Assembly: GCA_965112735.1 (NCBI GenBank)
Contig: OZ218960.1
Location: 2,232,001 to 2,296,000, forward strand
Direction: 5' to 3'
DNA length: 64,000 nucleotides
From: Phaeosaccion multiseriatum
Taxonomy: Eukaryota > Protista > Ochrophyta, other classes
The translations under genes were made by a program, and so were the position numbers. Below the pieces are notes generated by a model. It saw only the letters and a program-made list of their open reading frames with translations. It did no database searches and was not told the DNA's origin. This document shows positions 25,491 through 38,382 of the stretch, piece by piece (position 1 is the first letter of the stretch; each line of letters opens with the position of its first letter).

Positions 25491-25722
25491 TCTCGATAGC
25501 TTTGCTGTTGGCACACGTAAATAGCTGATAGCGTCCCGGCTGGCTTGCCCTAACTTGTCGATCCTCTATCCTCTCATCCTCCAACTTGGGACCCAGCACA
25601 GAGAGCGACAGTTGACGGCGGAGAGCGACTTAAGAGTTGACCTCTGACGTGCGACCGAACTATCTTCGATAGCATGCTGCTGGCAGCTGCGGCAAGCCGG
25701 CCAGCACCAGGTAGCGGGTAAT
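25491..25722. repeat. Dispersed intergenic repeat, copy 1 (homologous to 49184-49506)
   Basis: TCTCGATAGCTTTGC[T/C]GTTGGCACACGT is 27/28 identical to 49184, with further colinear blocks downstream. Confidence 0.75.
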
Positions 25723-25890
25723 AAAACCAACAGAAAGCTTACACTACGACGTACGATACGTGAAAAAACAACAGGCAGCCAAGTGGGCCGACTCACAGAT
25801 GGTTCATCATCACACTTTCAGTTTCTTAGGTGATTCCTAAGTCAATAAAGCATTCCTCCGCCCCCTCACCTCTCGCTCTCATCGGTTGCA

Positions 25891-26775
25891 ATGGCTCGCC
25901 AAGGGGGAGGAGGCGGAGGAGCGCCCAATATCGAGGGCATGGTGACTCTCAAGGTGGATGGCATCAGCTACAAATCGACGAGCCAAGGTCTTCGAGAGCT
26001 GTTTGAGAAGTACGTGGGAGAGGGAAAAGAGGGTGAAGTTTGTGCGCCGGGAGAGCGGGGTGTAGCGGCGCCATGTGCACTGGAACGGAGGGGCGCAGTA
26101 GCTAAAAAGTAGCAGCCCTCCTCTTCCTCCTCCTCCTCCTCCTCCTCCTCCTCCCCCTCCCCCTCCTCCATATCCCCTCCTCTTACCCACTTCCTTTACC
26201 TCCTCCTCCTCGTCGCTGTGCTCCCCACTTACCCCTCTTTCCTCCTCCTCCCTTGTCTTTGATCCAGATACGGTGAGATTGGTGATGTCTACATTCCTTT
26301 GGACCGGAACACACGCGAGCCAAGGGGCTTTGCGTTTGTAAGGTTCCTCAGCCAAGGTGCGGCCGATGACGCCTTGGAAGGAATGGACGGGAGAGAGTAC
26401 CAGGGGCGAGAGCTCCGTATAGCCTTTGCACTGAGGCCTCGCGGCCCGGCTTTCAGTGACGGCGGCGGCGGCGGCGGTGGTGGTGGAAGACGAGACGGGG
26501 GCTACAGTGACAGAGGGGGCTACGGTGATAGAGGAGGTTACGGGGACAGGGGAGGTTACGGAGAGAGGGGAGGCTATGGAGACAGGGGAGATAGAGGCTC
26601 CCACAGATCTTCACCTCCTCGACGTTACAGAAGTAGGAGCCCTCCTTCACGCAGGAGTCGCTCCCCACCTGCGCGAGGGGGAAGCCGCTCCCCACCGCCC
26701 AGAAGAAGGCGCAGTCCGAGCCCGCGTAGAGGACGGAGCCCGAGCCCACGTCGAGGTCGGAGCCGGAGCAGGTGA
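25891..26775 (+). CDS. SR splicing factor SC35/SRSF2-like, 2 exons
   Basis: RRM (TLKVDGIS, YGEIGDVYIP, PRGFAFVRF), then GGYGDR repeats and an RS domain. Confidence 0.92.
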
Positions 26776-27454
26776 ACGGGGCGATAAAAGGCTGATAGAC
26801 CCCTTGACTTGTGGTATAGAGAGAATGGGGGGGCGGAAGAGGAAGGACGCACATACTCTGGGCCTTTGAGAGAGAGTGAGAGAGAGGGAGAAGGGTGGTC
26901 CAGCAACACACAATGCATAGGGCGGCTTGGGTAGCGTGTAGCGTGTAGTGTGTAATGTAGGGCCACACACCTGTATGATGTGTCTCACTCCTCGTTCAAC
27001 AACACAATAATAGAGGGTAGGGGCGGTTGTGGTGGGAATACTGGTTTGGAGGCGAGGAAGCTGCCACAGGCCCTCCCATAGAAGACTGACCGGAGATGTA
27101 GACATTTGCTTGTGTGTGGATGACAGGAAAACCTGGGACAAGAGTACAAGCCTTTCTTTCCTTTCTTCTTTCTTCCCTTCAGCTTTTAGACCTAACAATC
27201 AAGGCCAATGGCTGTGACGCCGATGCCTTTCCTTTCTCCCCTCACGGTACAAGAGCGGGGCCGGTCGCCCTCCCATGTCATCAGCGGATTAAGCGGCCCA
27301 AGTAGCACACATACACATAGACACACTCACACGCGCGCACACACATACACATTCGTTCATTAGACCTTCACCAATATCGATCCCGTGATCCAATATCGAG
27401 TCGATCTGACATGGGTTGTTGCTGTTTTTGCGAGTTTTAAGAAGGTACAGCCAG

Positions 27455-27665
27455 TCGGCCCCTGACATGCTTCTGAGGCGACCCTGCTTCCTGCTTCTGG
27501 CCGGCGCCAGCCGGCCAGGCAGGTTCCAGGTTCTGGGGGAAAGCCATGTAATAAGGCAATGATGAGGGCCAAGGCTGCTTCCTGCTTCTGGTGATTCTGG
27601 CCGGCGCCAACCGGCCTGCTTCCTGCTTCTGGGCTGGGCTGTCTCAGAAGCATGTCAGGGGCCGA
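27455..27665. mobile_element. MITE-like element A, 211 bp, perfect 23-bp terminal inverted repeats
   Basis: TCGGCCCCTGACATGCTTCTGAG at 27455-27477 and its reverse complement at 27643-27665; internal CTGCTTCCTGCTTCTG repeats; no TSD identified. Confidence 0.6.
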
Positions 27666-27670
27666 TGAGA

Positions 27671-27858
27671 GGCCCCAGACTGGCCTAGAAGCCTATGCTT
27701 TAGGCCCTAGGCTCGACTAGGCCGCTCTAGGCCGGCCATTTTTTCTCCCTAGGCCTAGGCCGGGGGGGCTGCGCCAAAAATAGGCCTAGGCCGGGGTCCA
27801 GGCCGGCCAAATTTCGACTCTAGGCCTAGGCTTCTAGGCCAGTCGTCGCTCTGGGGCC
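27671..27858. mobile_element. MITE-like element B, ~190 bp, 18-bp inverted repeat, rich in TAGGCCTA palindromes
   Basis: GACTGGCCTAGAAGCCTA at 27678-27695 and its reverse complement at 27827-27844, extended by GGCCCCAG/CTGGGGCC across a 7-nt indel. Confidence 0.55.
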
Positions 27859-28008
27859 GAAGAGGGACTTAATAATCACCTAAGAAAGTGTGTGTGTGTG
27901 TGCGTGGCCTGCTGTGTGCAGAATAGGGAGAGAGTGCGCTCAAATGGCGACGTAATCCGTAGAACCACCAGCATCAACACAAACAAACATATCCACATCA
28001 TTTGGCAA

Positions 28009-30887
28009 ATGTACCAATATCAGGATGCCCAGGCGCAGCAGCACCAGCAGCCAGGATTTTACCCCTCTGAACAAGAGGTCAGTGGGTGGGAGGAGTTCGG
28101 AAGAGTGTACAACGACGCTGCAATCTCGTCTTTGAGCTTCGACCCTGTGGAGGAGCTCCTATGGGCGGGGACTGAGGACGGATACGTGGTCTCGTACCTG
28201 GCATCATCTTTGCAAAAGTAAGTCACCGACTCAGACCTCTCCCTTACGATCTTGCGTCAATCCCTCACGGCCTCAAACCTTTCCCTCACGGCCCCAAACC
28301 CTGCGCTCGTGTCGGGTCGCCGTTGGCACCTCGTGCTAAGGTTCTCTGGCCTCCGAGCGCACAACTTCCGCAAGAGTCGCACCGAGACCAAGCCCGCTGC
28401 TAGTAAGGCCGTCGTCAGCATTCTCCCCTTTCAGGAAGGAATTATTAGTGTCAGCAGCTCAGCGTGCAAGCTACACAGCAAGGGCTGTGTGCCTCTCGGC
28501 AGCCTGCAAGGCCAGGTTCAGGTGAGGAGGGGCTTTTCGGAGAGTGTGCTGGCGTGCAAGGTGGCTCAGCCCTGCCGAACAAAAGCTTACACCCGAGACG
28601 CTCTTGTTGTTCTGTGGATAATGAATGAATCCCCTTCCAGATTCCCTCACACAAGAAAGCGAGTGTGCGAGACGTGGCGGAGTTGACCTGCGCTGCTCTG
28701 AACGCACCCGCGGACGCCTTATACCACCAAGAGGCCAACGCTAGCGTCTCGCACGTGACAGTGGGTAGCTCTCAGGGGGCCTCCTCAGAGGCGGGCGAGA
28801 CGGACGAGGATGGCGCGGTGGTGCCTTGTCTGTATCAGCTGGACCTTCACACAGGCGCGTTCTTCCCAACAGCCCCGCCCCCCCACCCGCCCCACCCCAT
28901 TATGCTCACACGCCCATGCTCTGCTTGCTACTTGCTACTGTGCTCAGGCCTGTCTGTGAGCAGACTCGTGAGGCTGCCCAAGCTTGCAGGCTGCCGGAGC
29001 ATGGCATGCGGGGCGATGCTCGCTGTCGGGGGGGACGATGGGAAGGTCCGCATGTACGACCCCCGCCTCAAGAGCCCGAGGGCAGAGCACACGCTGCAGG
29101 TGTCTTACTTGTGCTTGTGCTTGTGCTTGTGCTTTACTTGTGCCTTTACTTGTGCTTGTGCTTAACTTGTGCTTGTGCTTTACTTGTGCTTGTGCTTGTG
29201 CTTGTGCTTGTGCTTTACTTGTGCTTGTGCTTGTGCTTGTGCTTGTGCTTGTGCTTGTGGCTGTCTGTTGCCGTGTCTCTCCTTGTCTCTTACGCATCCA
29301 CCCCTTTCTCTGCGCTTTCCTTCACCCGCCAAGGTGCACTCTGGCCCCGTTACGAGCATCTGCGTGGACCCATCTGACGGGCTGCGCATGGCCACGCTGG
29401 GCATGGCCTCGCACAGCCTCAACCCCTTCGACGCCTCGGCCCCCACCACCCTGCACCCAGACAACGCAGTGCAAGTCTTCGACCTCAGGTGCTCGCTTGT
29501 GGCCCTTTTTTTGGTGTTACCTTCGCAAGGCTCCCTTTCCTCCCTCTCTCTCACCCTCGCTCTGCCTGCTCTCTCTGCTCTCTCTCTTCCCCACTCTCTC
29601 TGTATCTGTCTCCTCTCTATGCTCTCTCTATCTTCCCCTCTCCCATGCCCCCCCCTCCCCTCCCCTCTCCTTTCCCCCAGGATGTTGCGCAATATCGTGC
29701 CTCTGCGCTTTCCGACGGCGCCCGACCCGTCCGCTGTGGCTTTCTCAGCCCGCGACAGCCTCGTGGTCACGTCCTACTCCGGCCAGGTCAATATCAAGGA
29801 GCGGCCCCTAGACCCCAGCGTCATAGGTCAGTTAGTGACTTGTGCTCGACTTCTTTTTAAAAGTGGACACCCCTTGTTTTGTGTTTATTCACTGCTTGTC
29901 CTCCCCATCCCCTTTTGCTCGTCTCAGACACATTGACCTGTTACCAAATGGTCAACGAGGAGGGCTCTCCGGAGCAGCTGACGTGTCTGTCGCTGTCGAG
30001 CAGTGCGGAGTGTATGGCCCTGGGCTCCGCCACTGGAGCTGTGCTCAAACTCACAAGCAACGGCAATCCCGAGGCTCTGGTAAGTCAAGTAAGAGTAAAG
30101 TATTGCGGCTTAGACTCGCTGTTTCGCGACTCAACTCGTCCGGCGCCTCAACAGGTCAATCTGGACTCCCTGCCGACAGAGGTCCCTCCGGCGGTGGCCG
30201 CACCCCCTCCCATCTTCGTGCACCCACACAGCGACACCTCGCCGGGCAGCGTGTTTGTCATCAAGGTAAGGTGCCGTCATCCCTCAGGAGCACGTTGTGG
30301 CCCAGTCAGTCTGTGCCCACACGAGTCCCTGCTCCTCCTCCCTTCCCCCTTCTCTCCTGCTCTTTTGCTCTTTCCCTCCAGCCGGAGGTCAAGCACGTAT
30401 ACTCGTCCGGGCCGCTCTCTTCCTCCTTCCTGCACACCCCCTGGGTGTTCGAGGAGGTAAGGCAGGCTGGGGGTAGGCCCGACAGAACCCTGTGTGGACG
30501 GAAACAGGGTTCGGCCTGTCAAACGGGACCCTCAGGAGAGGGGTGAGTGTTTGTCCCTCTGCGACGGATGGCTTAATGATGGTTCAATGGCTCCCCTCCC
30601 CTCCCCTCCCTGCGCCCTCATGGCCCCTTCAGGTGGTGCGGCAGCGGCCGACGCGCAAAGTGAGCCCTGCCCTTCTCGACAAGATGACGGCCACGGACTT
30701 CATGGGCTCCATCCCCAACCCCGGCCTGCCCCCCAACAGCCTCATCCACGGCAAGGGAAAGGTGAGGCATATGGGCACAGGCGGGTAGGCAGGCAGGCAC
30801 GCAGGCAGACAGGCTGTGTGTATGTCTGGGGTGGGGTGCCGTCCCTAATCCTCCGAAGGCTCCGAAAGCCGATGAGTCTGTCGGCCA

Positions 30888-30930
<43 letters not shown>

Positions 30931-31590
30931 CTCTCTCTCGCTCGCTGTCTTCTCCCCCACACAGGCCAGCTACCAAGTGTGCGACCCGCGCGTGACCTTG
31001 GCGGATGCGCGCCCTCCACAGGGAAGCTCCTCTCTGGGCCCGAGTGTGTTGGAGCAGGATATGCCGAGGAGGTACCGACCCGTCAAGCTCAAGGTCAGAG
31101 GTGGCATGTCGAGTGTTGAACGTCGAATGTCGAATGTCGAATCAATCATTCTCTCCTGTCGACGCCGGCTCGGCATTGCTAACAGCCCTCACTCGCTCTC
31201 CCTCCCTCCCTCCTTCCCCTCCCTGTTGGGTGGCATGTTGTATGATGTTCAGTTGGGTAAACGCGGGCTCGACACATTCGACTTCGGTCACTTCAATAGC
31301 ACCGCTTTCGCGGGCCTGGAGAACACAGAGAAGAACAGGTACAGGGAAACACACATACATATATACATGCCTTCTGAAGAGGTTGAAGGGGGCTAGCCTT
31401 GCCTCGCCCTGCCCTGGCCCTTTGCTCGTGTTCGATGGCCTCTCCAACACCTCACCTTCTCTTCGCTTGCGTCCGTCAACGCCCCAGTTACACCAATGCG
31501 GTGCTGCAGCTCATGTACTTCACGCCCGAGCTGCACGCCGCGGCCCTGCAGCAACAGTTCAAGTCTGTCAAGGAGATGCAGGTCAGAGGG

Positions 31591-31627
<37 letters not shown>

Positions 31628-34600
31628 AAGAGCGCGCTGCGGAGTGCTGTGTGCGGCCCTGTCCTCTGTTTGTTCACACACCCTCATCCCTCGTTCCTAC
31701 CTACTACCCCCTCCTGCTTCTCTTGCCTCTCTTGTGCTTGGTCGCAGCAAGTGGGCCTGATAACGGAGCTCGGCTTCCTCTTTCACCAGCTCGACCTCGC
31801 CAAAACGACGCAATCGAAGGTATGTCTGGAGCGGAGAGCGCTGTCCATGCCCCCCCCTCAACCTCTTTTCTTCCTCCTCCCGACTCTCCTCCCTTACTGT
31901 ACTCGACTCTCCTCCCTTACTGTACTCGACTCTCCTCCCTTACGACTCGTCTAAGGTCCGCTCCTGCCAGAGCAGCAACTTCTTGCGGTGCTTTCGGCAG
32001 CAACCAGAGATGCTGGCCCTGGGACTGCTGGTGGGGCAGAGCGGGGGGGGAGTGAAGGGCACGCAGATGAGTCTCCAGAGGAGGGTGGAGTCCTTCCACA
32101 GGTTCCTTCTCAGTGCGGTGAGTGAGTGAGTGAGTGAGTGAGTGAATGAGTGATGTGTCGTATTGAATCGGACGTGTCTCTTCACGCCCTCCCTCCCTTC
32201 TCTTACGCTGCAGTGACTGACTGACTGACTTTCCTTTTCCTTGCGCTGCTCCCTGCCTGGGCTTATCGTGCGAGGGGAGGGCAGTTCGACAAGGTGTCTG
32301 GAGGGCAGTTCGAGCGAAGAGACAAGGGCCGCGGACAAGCAGCAACAGCAACCGCGGCCGCTGGGGGGGAGGGGGGAGAGGAGAAAGAGGAGAGGGAGGG
32401 GGTGGCGAGCAAGTACTTCGGGTACCGCGTGCGCACCACCAACACCTTCTTACACTCCACCAAGGCCACGACGCCCGAGCAGGTCAAGGACACACATGCC
32501 GTGGTGGTGGAGCTTGCCCTGCCCGGTGAGTGCGTGCGTGCGTGCGGGCGCGCGCTGTGCGTACGCAGTCGAGTCGGGGCCCTTTGCCTCATGCAAATAG
32601 ACTAATAATGGTCTTTCCGTCCCTCCCTGCAAATAGACTAATAATGGTCTTTCCGTCCCTCTCTGCCGCCTCTCCTCTCTGCCGCCTTGCTCCTTGCAGA
32701 AAGCACCAAACCGAGCAATGCCCTTTACTTCAGTGACGTGCTGCAGAGAAGGTGCGGCGTATCGGGCCTGTTTCGACGAGAAGCACCAGACCCCCTCTCT
32801 CCCCCCCCCCCCCTCATGCTGACCCCCTCTCCCCCCCCCCCAGCTTGTGCAAGGAGACGACAGCGAAGATGTGGTGCGCGGAAACCTCCACCTACGCCCC
32901 CATCAGGCAGCGACGAGTGCCGCGCTCCCTTCCCCGGTACCTGACCGTGCACTGCGCGTCCGGCATCGAGAATGAGGCGCTCCTGCGGCTGTTTCGCAAG
33001 CCGAATCCGATGGGCGGGCTCTTCGTCCCGCAGGAGGTCGTGGTGGAACTCTCAGAGGACGGCGTTAAGGTCGGGGAGAAGGTGCGTGCTTCTGTTTGCT
33101 GCTTGCTCCTTGGACACTCACTCCTCACTCTCTTGGTGTATGGCATGGGGGAGTAGGGGGGAAGCAGAAGCAAGCCTTTCCTCAAACCTCAAGCTCAAAG
33201 CTCAAGCTTGATTTGTGCGCACATTGCCCACCCGTCCCTCAGGTGGACCTCCTGCCTTTGGAGGATACAGCCGCTGCGCCCCCCACGGACCAAGGCTGGC
33301 ACTACAGCGACGGCGGTGATGGCAAGGCCTCTGGAGATGACAAGAAGGCCCCCGCATCGGAGACCGAGGGCGGAAGCAGCAGCAGCGTGTACAGGTATGT
33401 GTGTGGCCCTCGTGTTGCTGTTTGGGGGGGGGAGGAGGTGGCCCAAGCCTGACCCGACTTCCAATGCTTGCTTGCTTGCTTCTCTGTGCTGCACTGTGCT
33501 TTGCGTTTCTACCTCCAATGTCTCCTTGCTTCTGCTGCTGCGTGCTTTGCGCTTCCGTAGATACGACCTCGCCAGTGTGGTGTCCGACATCGTCAACACA
33601 CGGGTAAGTGGGTAGGTGGGTAGATAGCAGGGGGTAGGTAGGTGGTTGGACTAGGCAGGGTAGGTGAGTGGGTGGGTGGGTGGGTTAGGTGGTTGGGGTA
33701 AGTGGGTAGGTGGTAGGTGGGTGGGGTTGGTAGGGTATGTGGGTAGATGAGTGGGTGGGTGGGGTAAGTGGGTGGGGTACGTGCGTAGGTGGGTAGGTGA
33801 CGTAGGTGGGTAGGTGGACACATAGGTGGACACATAGGTGGACACACAAGCTTGGGCACACAAGCTTGAACGCACAAGCTTGGGGGCTGTCGGCCCGGCC
33901 CACCTCTCACGCCGAAGACCCGATACCCTTGTGCAATGTACAGTCCTCCACCACGCAGGACAGCGCCTCAGGGGCACCCCCTCCGGATGGGCATATGGTG
34001 CTACATGTCAAGCCTCCGAGGGACTACACCACTCGCTCGCTGCTGGGCAGGAAGAGCAGTGGGCTGGAGAAGGAGCGCCGCATGTATGGCACTGCGCTGG
34101 GAGAGGGGTCGGGGAGTGATGACGACAAGAAGGAAGGACAAGGAGAGGGCAAGGACGATAGGGAGGACGGCCAGGATGGGGGGCAGCAGCCGAACACCAA
34201 GGCCAAGCCTCAAGCCAATGCGTCTACCGAAGAGTGGCTTCTCTTCAACGACTTCTATGTGGAAAGGACGGTGCCCGAGGACGCACAGAGCTTCCTGCCC
34301 GAGTGGAAGAAGCCGAGCATCCTCGTGTTCAGGCTGCGCGAGGAGGACGGGGAGGAGGCAGGCAAGGGTCCGGGGGGGGGCGGGGCCATCAGCCCGGACG
34401 TGTTCGCCATCCCCAGTCTGTCCAAGAACGGGCGTGCCAAGATCATTCCCGTTGATAAACTGCCCAAGAAGGGGGACATCGTCGCCATTGACGCGGAATT
34501 CGTGTCCTTAGAAGTGAGTTCGTTGCACTTTGATTGCGCCTGTTTTGGCCTGTTTGTGTTGTTGTAGGACCTTCTTCTCACGACACCCACCGCGCTATCT

Positions 34601-35595
34601 CTTCCTCCAAACCGTGTGACACAAAAGATGGAACAGGCGAGCATTCGCAGGGACGGGTCCCGTGTGGTGACCAAGGAGGGCAGACTTGCTCTGGCGAGAG
34701 TGTCTGTGGTGGATGGGAACGGGGAGGTGAGAAGACAGGCTTTGCTTTGCTTTGCTTTGTTTGGCCTTGCCATCAATAAGAGTACACCAAACGCCGCCCG
34801 CTAGTGTGCTATAGCTAGAGCTGGAGCTAAAGCTAGAGCTAGAGCTGATGCAACGGTCCCCTCCCCCCCCCCTCCCATGTACTGCCACCCCCCCCCCCCC
34901 CCAGGTGATTCTGGACGACTACGTGGTGCAGAGCGAGACGGTGGTGGACTACCTCACACGCTTCAGCGGCATCACCCCGGAGGATCTGGAGCCGGGCTCC
35001 TCTCGCCACAGGTGTGCCATACTTCACCCTTACTTAATCCTTACTCAACCCTTAGCTAGCCAACCTCTTTCACGCTCCTCTCACTACAGGGGCCTTAGTG
35101 AACCCTTTTATTAGTTTTCACCAACCCTTTTTTCATGCCCCTTTGACACCCCTCCCTCGCGGTCTTACCCCCCCCCCCCCACCTCCTTGCTGAGCCCCCC
35201 ACAGCTTCGCTCCCACCTCACAGAGCTTCCCCTTGCCCCCTCCTGCCCCCCCTTGTGCTGCCTGCCTGCCTGCCTGCCTGCCTGCCTACCTGCCTGCCGA
35301 CCTGCCTGCCTGCCTACCTGCCTGTATGTCTGTATGTCTGTATAGCCTGGCGTGGCTGTGCACGGTGTACCTGAAGCTGCGCTACCTCGTGGACGCGGGC
35401 TGCGTGTTCGTGGGGCACGGGCTCAGTAAGGACTTCCGCATCATCAACATCACCGTGCCCCCTGCGCAGGTGCGGCGCGGCACCATGACAAGGGGACATT
35501 CAATCATTCATTTCTTTATCATCCATCGCCTCCCTCTGGCAGGTGCAAAACAAGTTGCAGCCCTTTTCCAAGTTGTAAGCATATGGGCCACTTGC

Positions 35596-35626
<31 letters not shown>

Positions 35627-35921
35627 TGCATTGTTCCCTTCCTTCCCACAACACTTTACACCAACACAACAGGTCATTGACACGGTGCAGCTGTGGTCCC
35701 TGCCTGGCCAACGCAAGCCCTCGCTGCGCTTCCTGTGCCACTATCTGCTCAATGAGCACATCCAGGGCGAGACACACGACTCCATCGAGGACAGCTCCAT
35801 GGCCCTGCGTCTGTACCGCAGCCACGAGCAGCACCGAGAGGTAGGCACCCCCCTACTGCAAGCGCCTTTGGGCTTTGCTCTGGTGGCGGGCTGGGCGCGG
35901 GGAAAGGAAGGGAATGAACTG

Positions 35922-35970
<49 letters not shown>

Positions 35971-36153
35971 TGTTTGCGCTGACTGACTGGCTGACTTACT
36001 GTCTGACTGGCTTATGCCTCGCTCTCTCTGCCCGCGTACACGCAAACGCAAACGCACACGCCCCCACCCCTCCAGGCGGGCACTCTGCACAAGACCATGG
36101 AGGACATGTACAAGTTCGGCAGAGATGTGGGCTGGTTCACCTCCAGCTCCTAG
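28009..36153 (+). CDS. PAN2: PAN2 poly(A) deadenylase (WD40 + pseudo-UCH + DEDD nuclease), more than 20 exons
   Basis: [81 protein letters not shown]. Confidence 0.95.
29107..29258 (+). repeat. (TGTGCT)n microsatellite in a PAN2 intron
   Basis: Direct reading. Confidence 0.92.
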
Positions 36154-36202
36154 CACTAGTGTAGCACCAACACGGCCATTAGTAAGTCGGGCATTACAAA
36201 AT

Positions 36203-38069
36203 TTAGTCGGGCCACACGTTGTCGAGGACATTTTTCCTTGTGCGAGCCAGAGTGAGCAGCACGGCTTCCTCCGTCCGGATGGTGCGGCTGCCTTGGCTGG
36301 GACACGTGTTGACCCATCGGTCGAACAAGCAAGACGCTTGGTTGCCAGGCAGCGACATGGCCTCATCGTTGTCCAAGCTCTCCTCGATGCCCTGCACAGC
36401 GACCGAGAGGATCCGAGGATGGATGGGGGGGCGACCTTCAGCCCAACACACACACAACCCACACACGGACACGAACACACGGAACGGCGACGGCCACGTA
36501 CGCACGCACCTGTACGCCTCCGAAGACGATGATGCAATGCCGGAACGGGGCCAACTGGAAGTCGGCGTCGTCCACGCTGGTGGTTCCTCTCTCAGAGGTG
36601 CCGATGGTCAAGTCATAGCCCTTCTTAAAAGGGCTCTCAGAGAATACTTGGCCGATGCCTGCGAAGGAAGGCAGGGGGGAGGAGGGGGTTGGACCACCCC
36701 GCCTTTGATAAACAACCCTACCCCACTTGCCCGTGGGGTTGGACCACCCCACCTTTGATAGACAACCCGACCCCACTTGCCGTGTGTAAGCGCCCCCCCT
36801 CTAGGCTGAGCCACTGCTAACTAACCTGAGCCACTGCTAACTAACCTGAGCCACTGCTAACTAACCTGAGTCACTGCTAACTAACCTGAGGCGAGTCGTG
36901 TTTGATATCCCCAGTAGATGCCGAGCTCTTCCCGAGGGGCAGACGGGGCCACTGCCTTCCCAGCGAGGTTACGCTTGCCATCATTCTTAGGGTCCAATCT
37001 GAGGGTGAGGGGCGAAGGACGCGCTATTGAGCATAGCACACGCAGTATGCAGGCCGAGGGGCTTTCACCCCAACTCCACAGCGCACTTACTTGACTGTAA
37101 CTCGCACACCGGGCTTGAGGTGTCGGTCGATGCGGGCCTCCTTTCTCTTCCCAACGTTCACTAGCGATCCTGCGCCCTCTTTGACGGGCTTGTCGACCAC
37201 CACACCCTCCCTGTCGCCAATTGTAAGAAAAGTTAGAAGAAAGACAGGAGGTACCATACAGTAGTGTTCGTCTTCACCTGAACGGAGTGTCTTCCTCTGC
37301 ACGCATGTGGTGGGGGCTATCGAGGGGGTTGAGGAGGCCTGCGAAGCGGAGGTCCGAGTGCATGGGGAACAGTGCTTTCCGAAGGTACTGGGGCGTCTCC
37401 ATGAACTGCAGCACCCTCGCCATGAACATGCTTGAGTTCCACTGCTTGCGGCCTGTCGTAGGGGAGGATAGGGGGGGGATGGTTGAAGGGGTGCTCAGCA
37501 ATCAGCCAGGAGGGAAATCATATCCTGGCTGGGTAGGTTTCACACGAACCTGAGCTTTCGCCCCTTAGCCCGCCTTGCTTAGACTCCCCTCCCATCTTGT
37601 CGTCGTACACCACAATCTCGTCCACCTTGGGAAGAGTAAGCGTCAATGTGAGGGTGGTGGTTGGGCACATCAAGTTATCCCCAGCCCCACTAACCTCGTA
37701 TATGGCAGCTGCTCGAGCCAGCTGGCCCACCAAGTACGTCTGTAGCTCTCGCGTCGGTGCATTCTCCACGATGGAGCCCGGCACCGCGATGGACAGAGTA
37801 AATTTACGGGCGCCTCTGCTGCTGCTGCTGCTGGTGCTGCTGCTCTTGGATTCAGAGCCATCCGCATTAGCTATGAGTTTCGCGTCCTTGTTATGCTGCG
37901 ATGCGTCTCCTGCTGCAGCTGCCTTGCCCTCAGCCCCCTCTTCGCTCTTCTGCTTCTTTTTCTTCCGTGTGTGGGACTTGCCCGTCCTCTTTCGAGTCCC
38001 ATCGCCATTGCTGAATCCCCCCCCGCTCAGCTGCTCGTGAACGTGCGCGAGCCCCCCCGCCTTGAGCAT
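36203..38069 (-). CDS. SPOUT-class methyltransferase, C9orf114/SPOUT1-like, about 7 exons; start uncertain
   Basis: TLSIAVPGSI, GQLARAAAIY, VDEIVVYD, LQFMETPQYLRK, LLNPLDSPHH, GTSERG, QGSRTIRTEEA. Confidence 0.92.
36685..36890. repeat. Intronic tandem repeats: 50-bp unit x2 (36685-36784) and 20-bp unit x4 (36806-36890)
   Basis: Direct reading of the sequence. Confidence 0.9.
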
Positions 38070-38382
38070 CCTTTTCTTTGCGGCGGATATGTGGCGCGCG
38101 TTTAGCTTCACGTGTTGGCGTACAAATCCTGCCAACTGTTAACCTTCTCCTTCTCGTCGCTCGGCTCGCTCTCTGCCTTCCGTCCCTTCCCTTCGCTTCC
38201 TCTCAACTTGAGCATCTCTAAACTCTTACGTTAAGCTGTTTGAGTTCCAGAGGGAGAGGGAGGAAGAGGAAGGAGGTGGTGTGTAGGCAGAGGAGTGGTG
38301 GGGATCGAGGCTGTCAACCCCTCCCCTCCCCTTCGTTGGCCCCTTCTCTTCTCCCGCCGAGCGCAGATGTAGAGGAGGTGAC

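Noticed and set aside
36685-36890. CRISPR-like repeat spacing (also 52855-52961 and 54151-54336)
   Set aside because: Head-to-tail tandem repeats without unique spacers, eukaryotic intronic context, no cas genes
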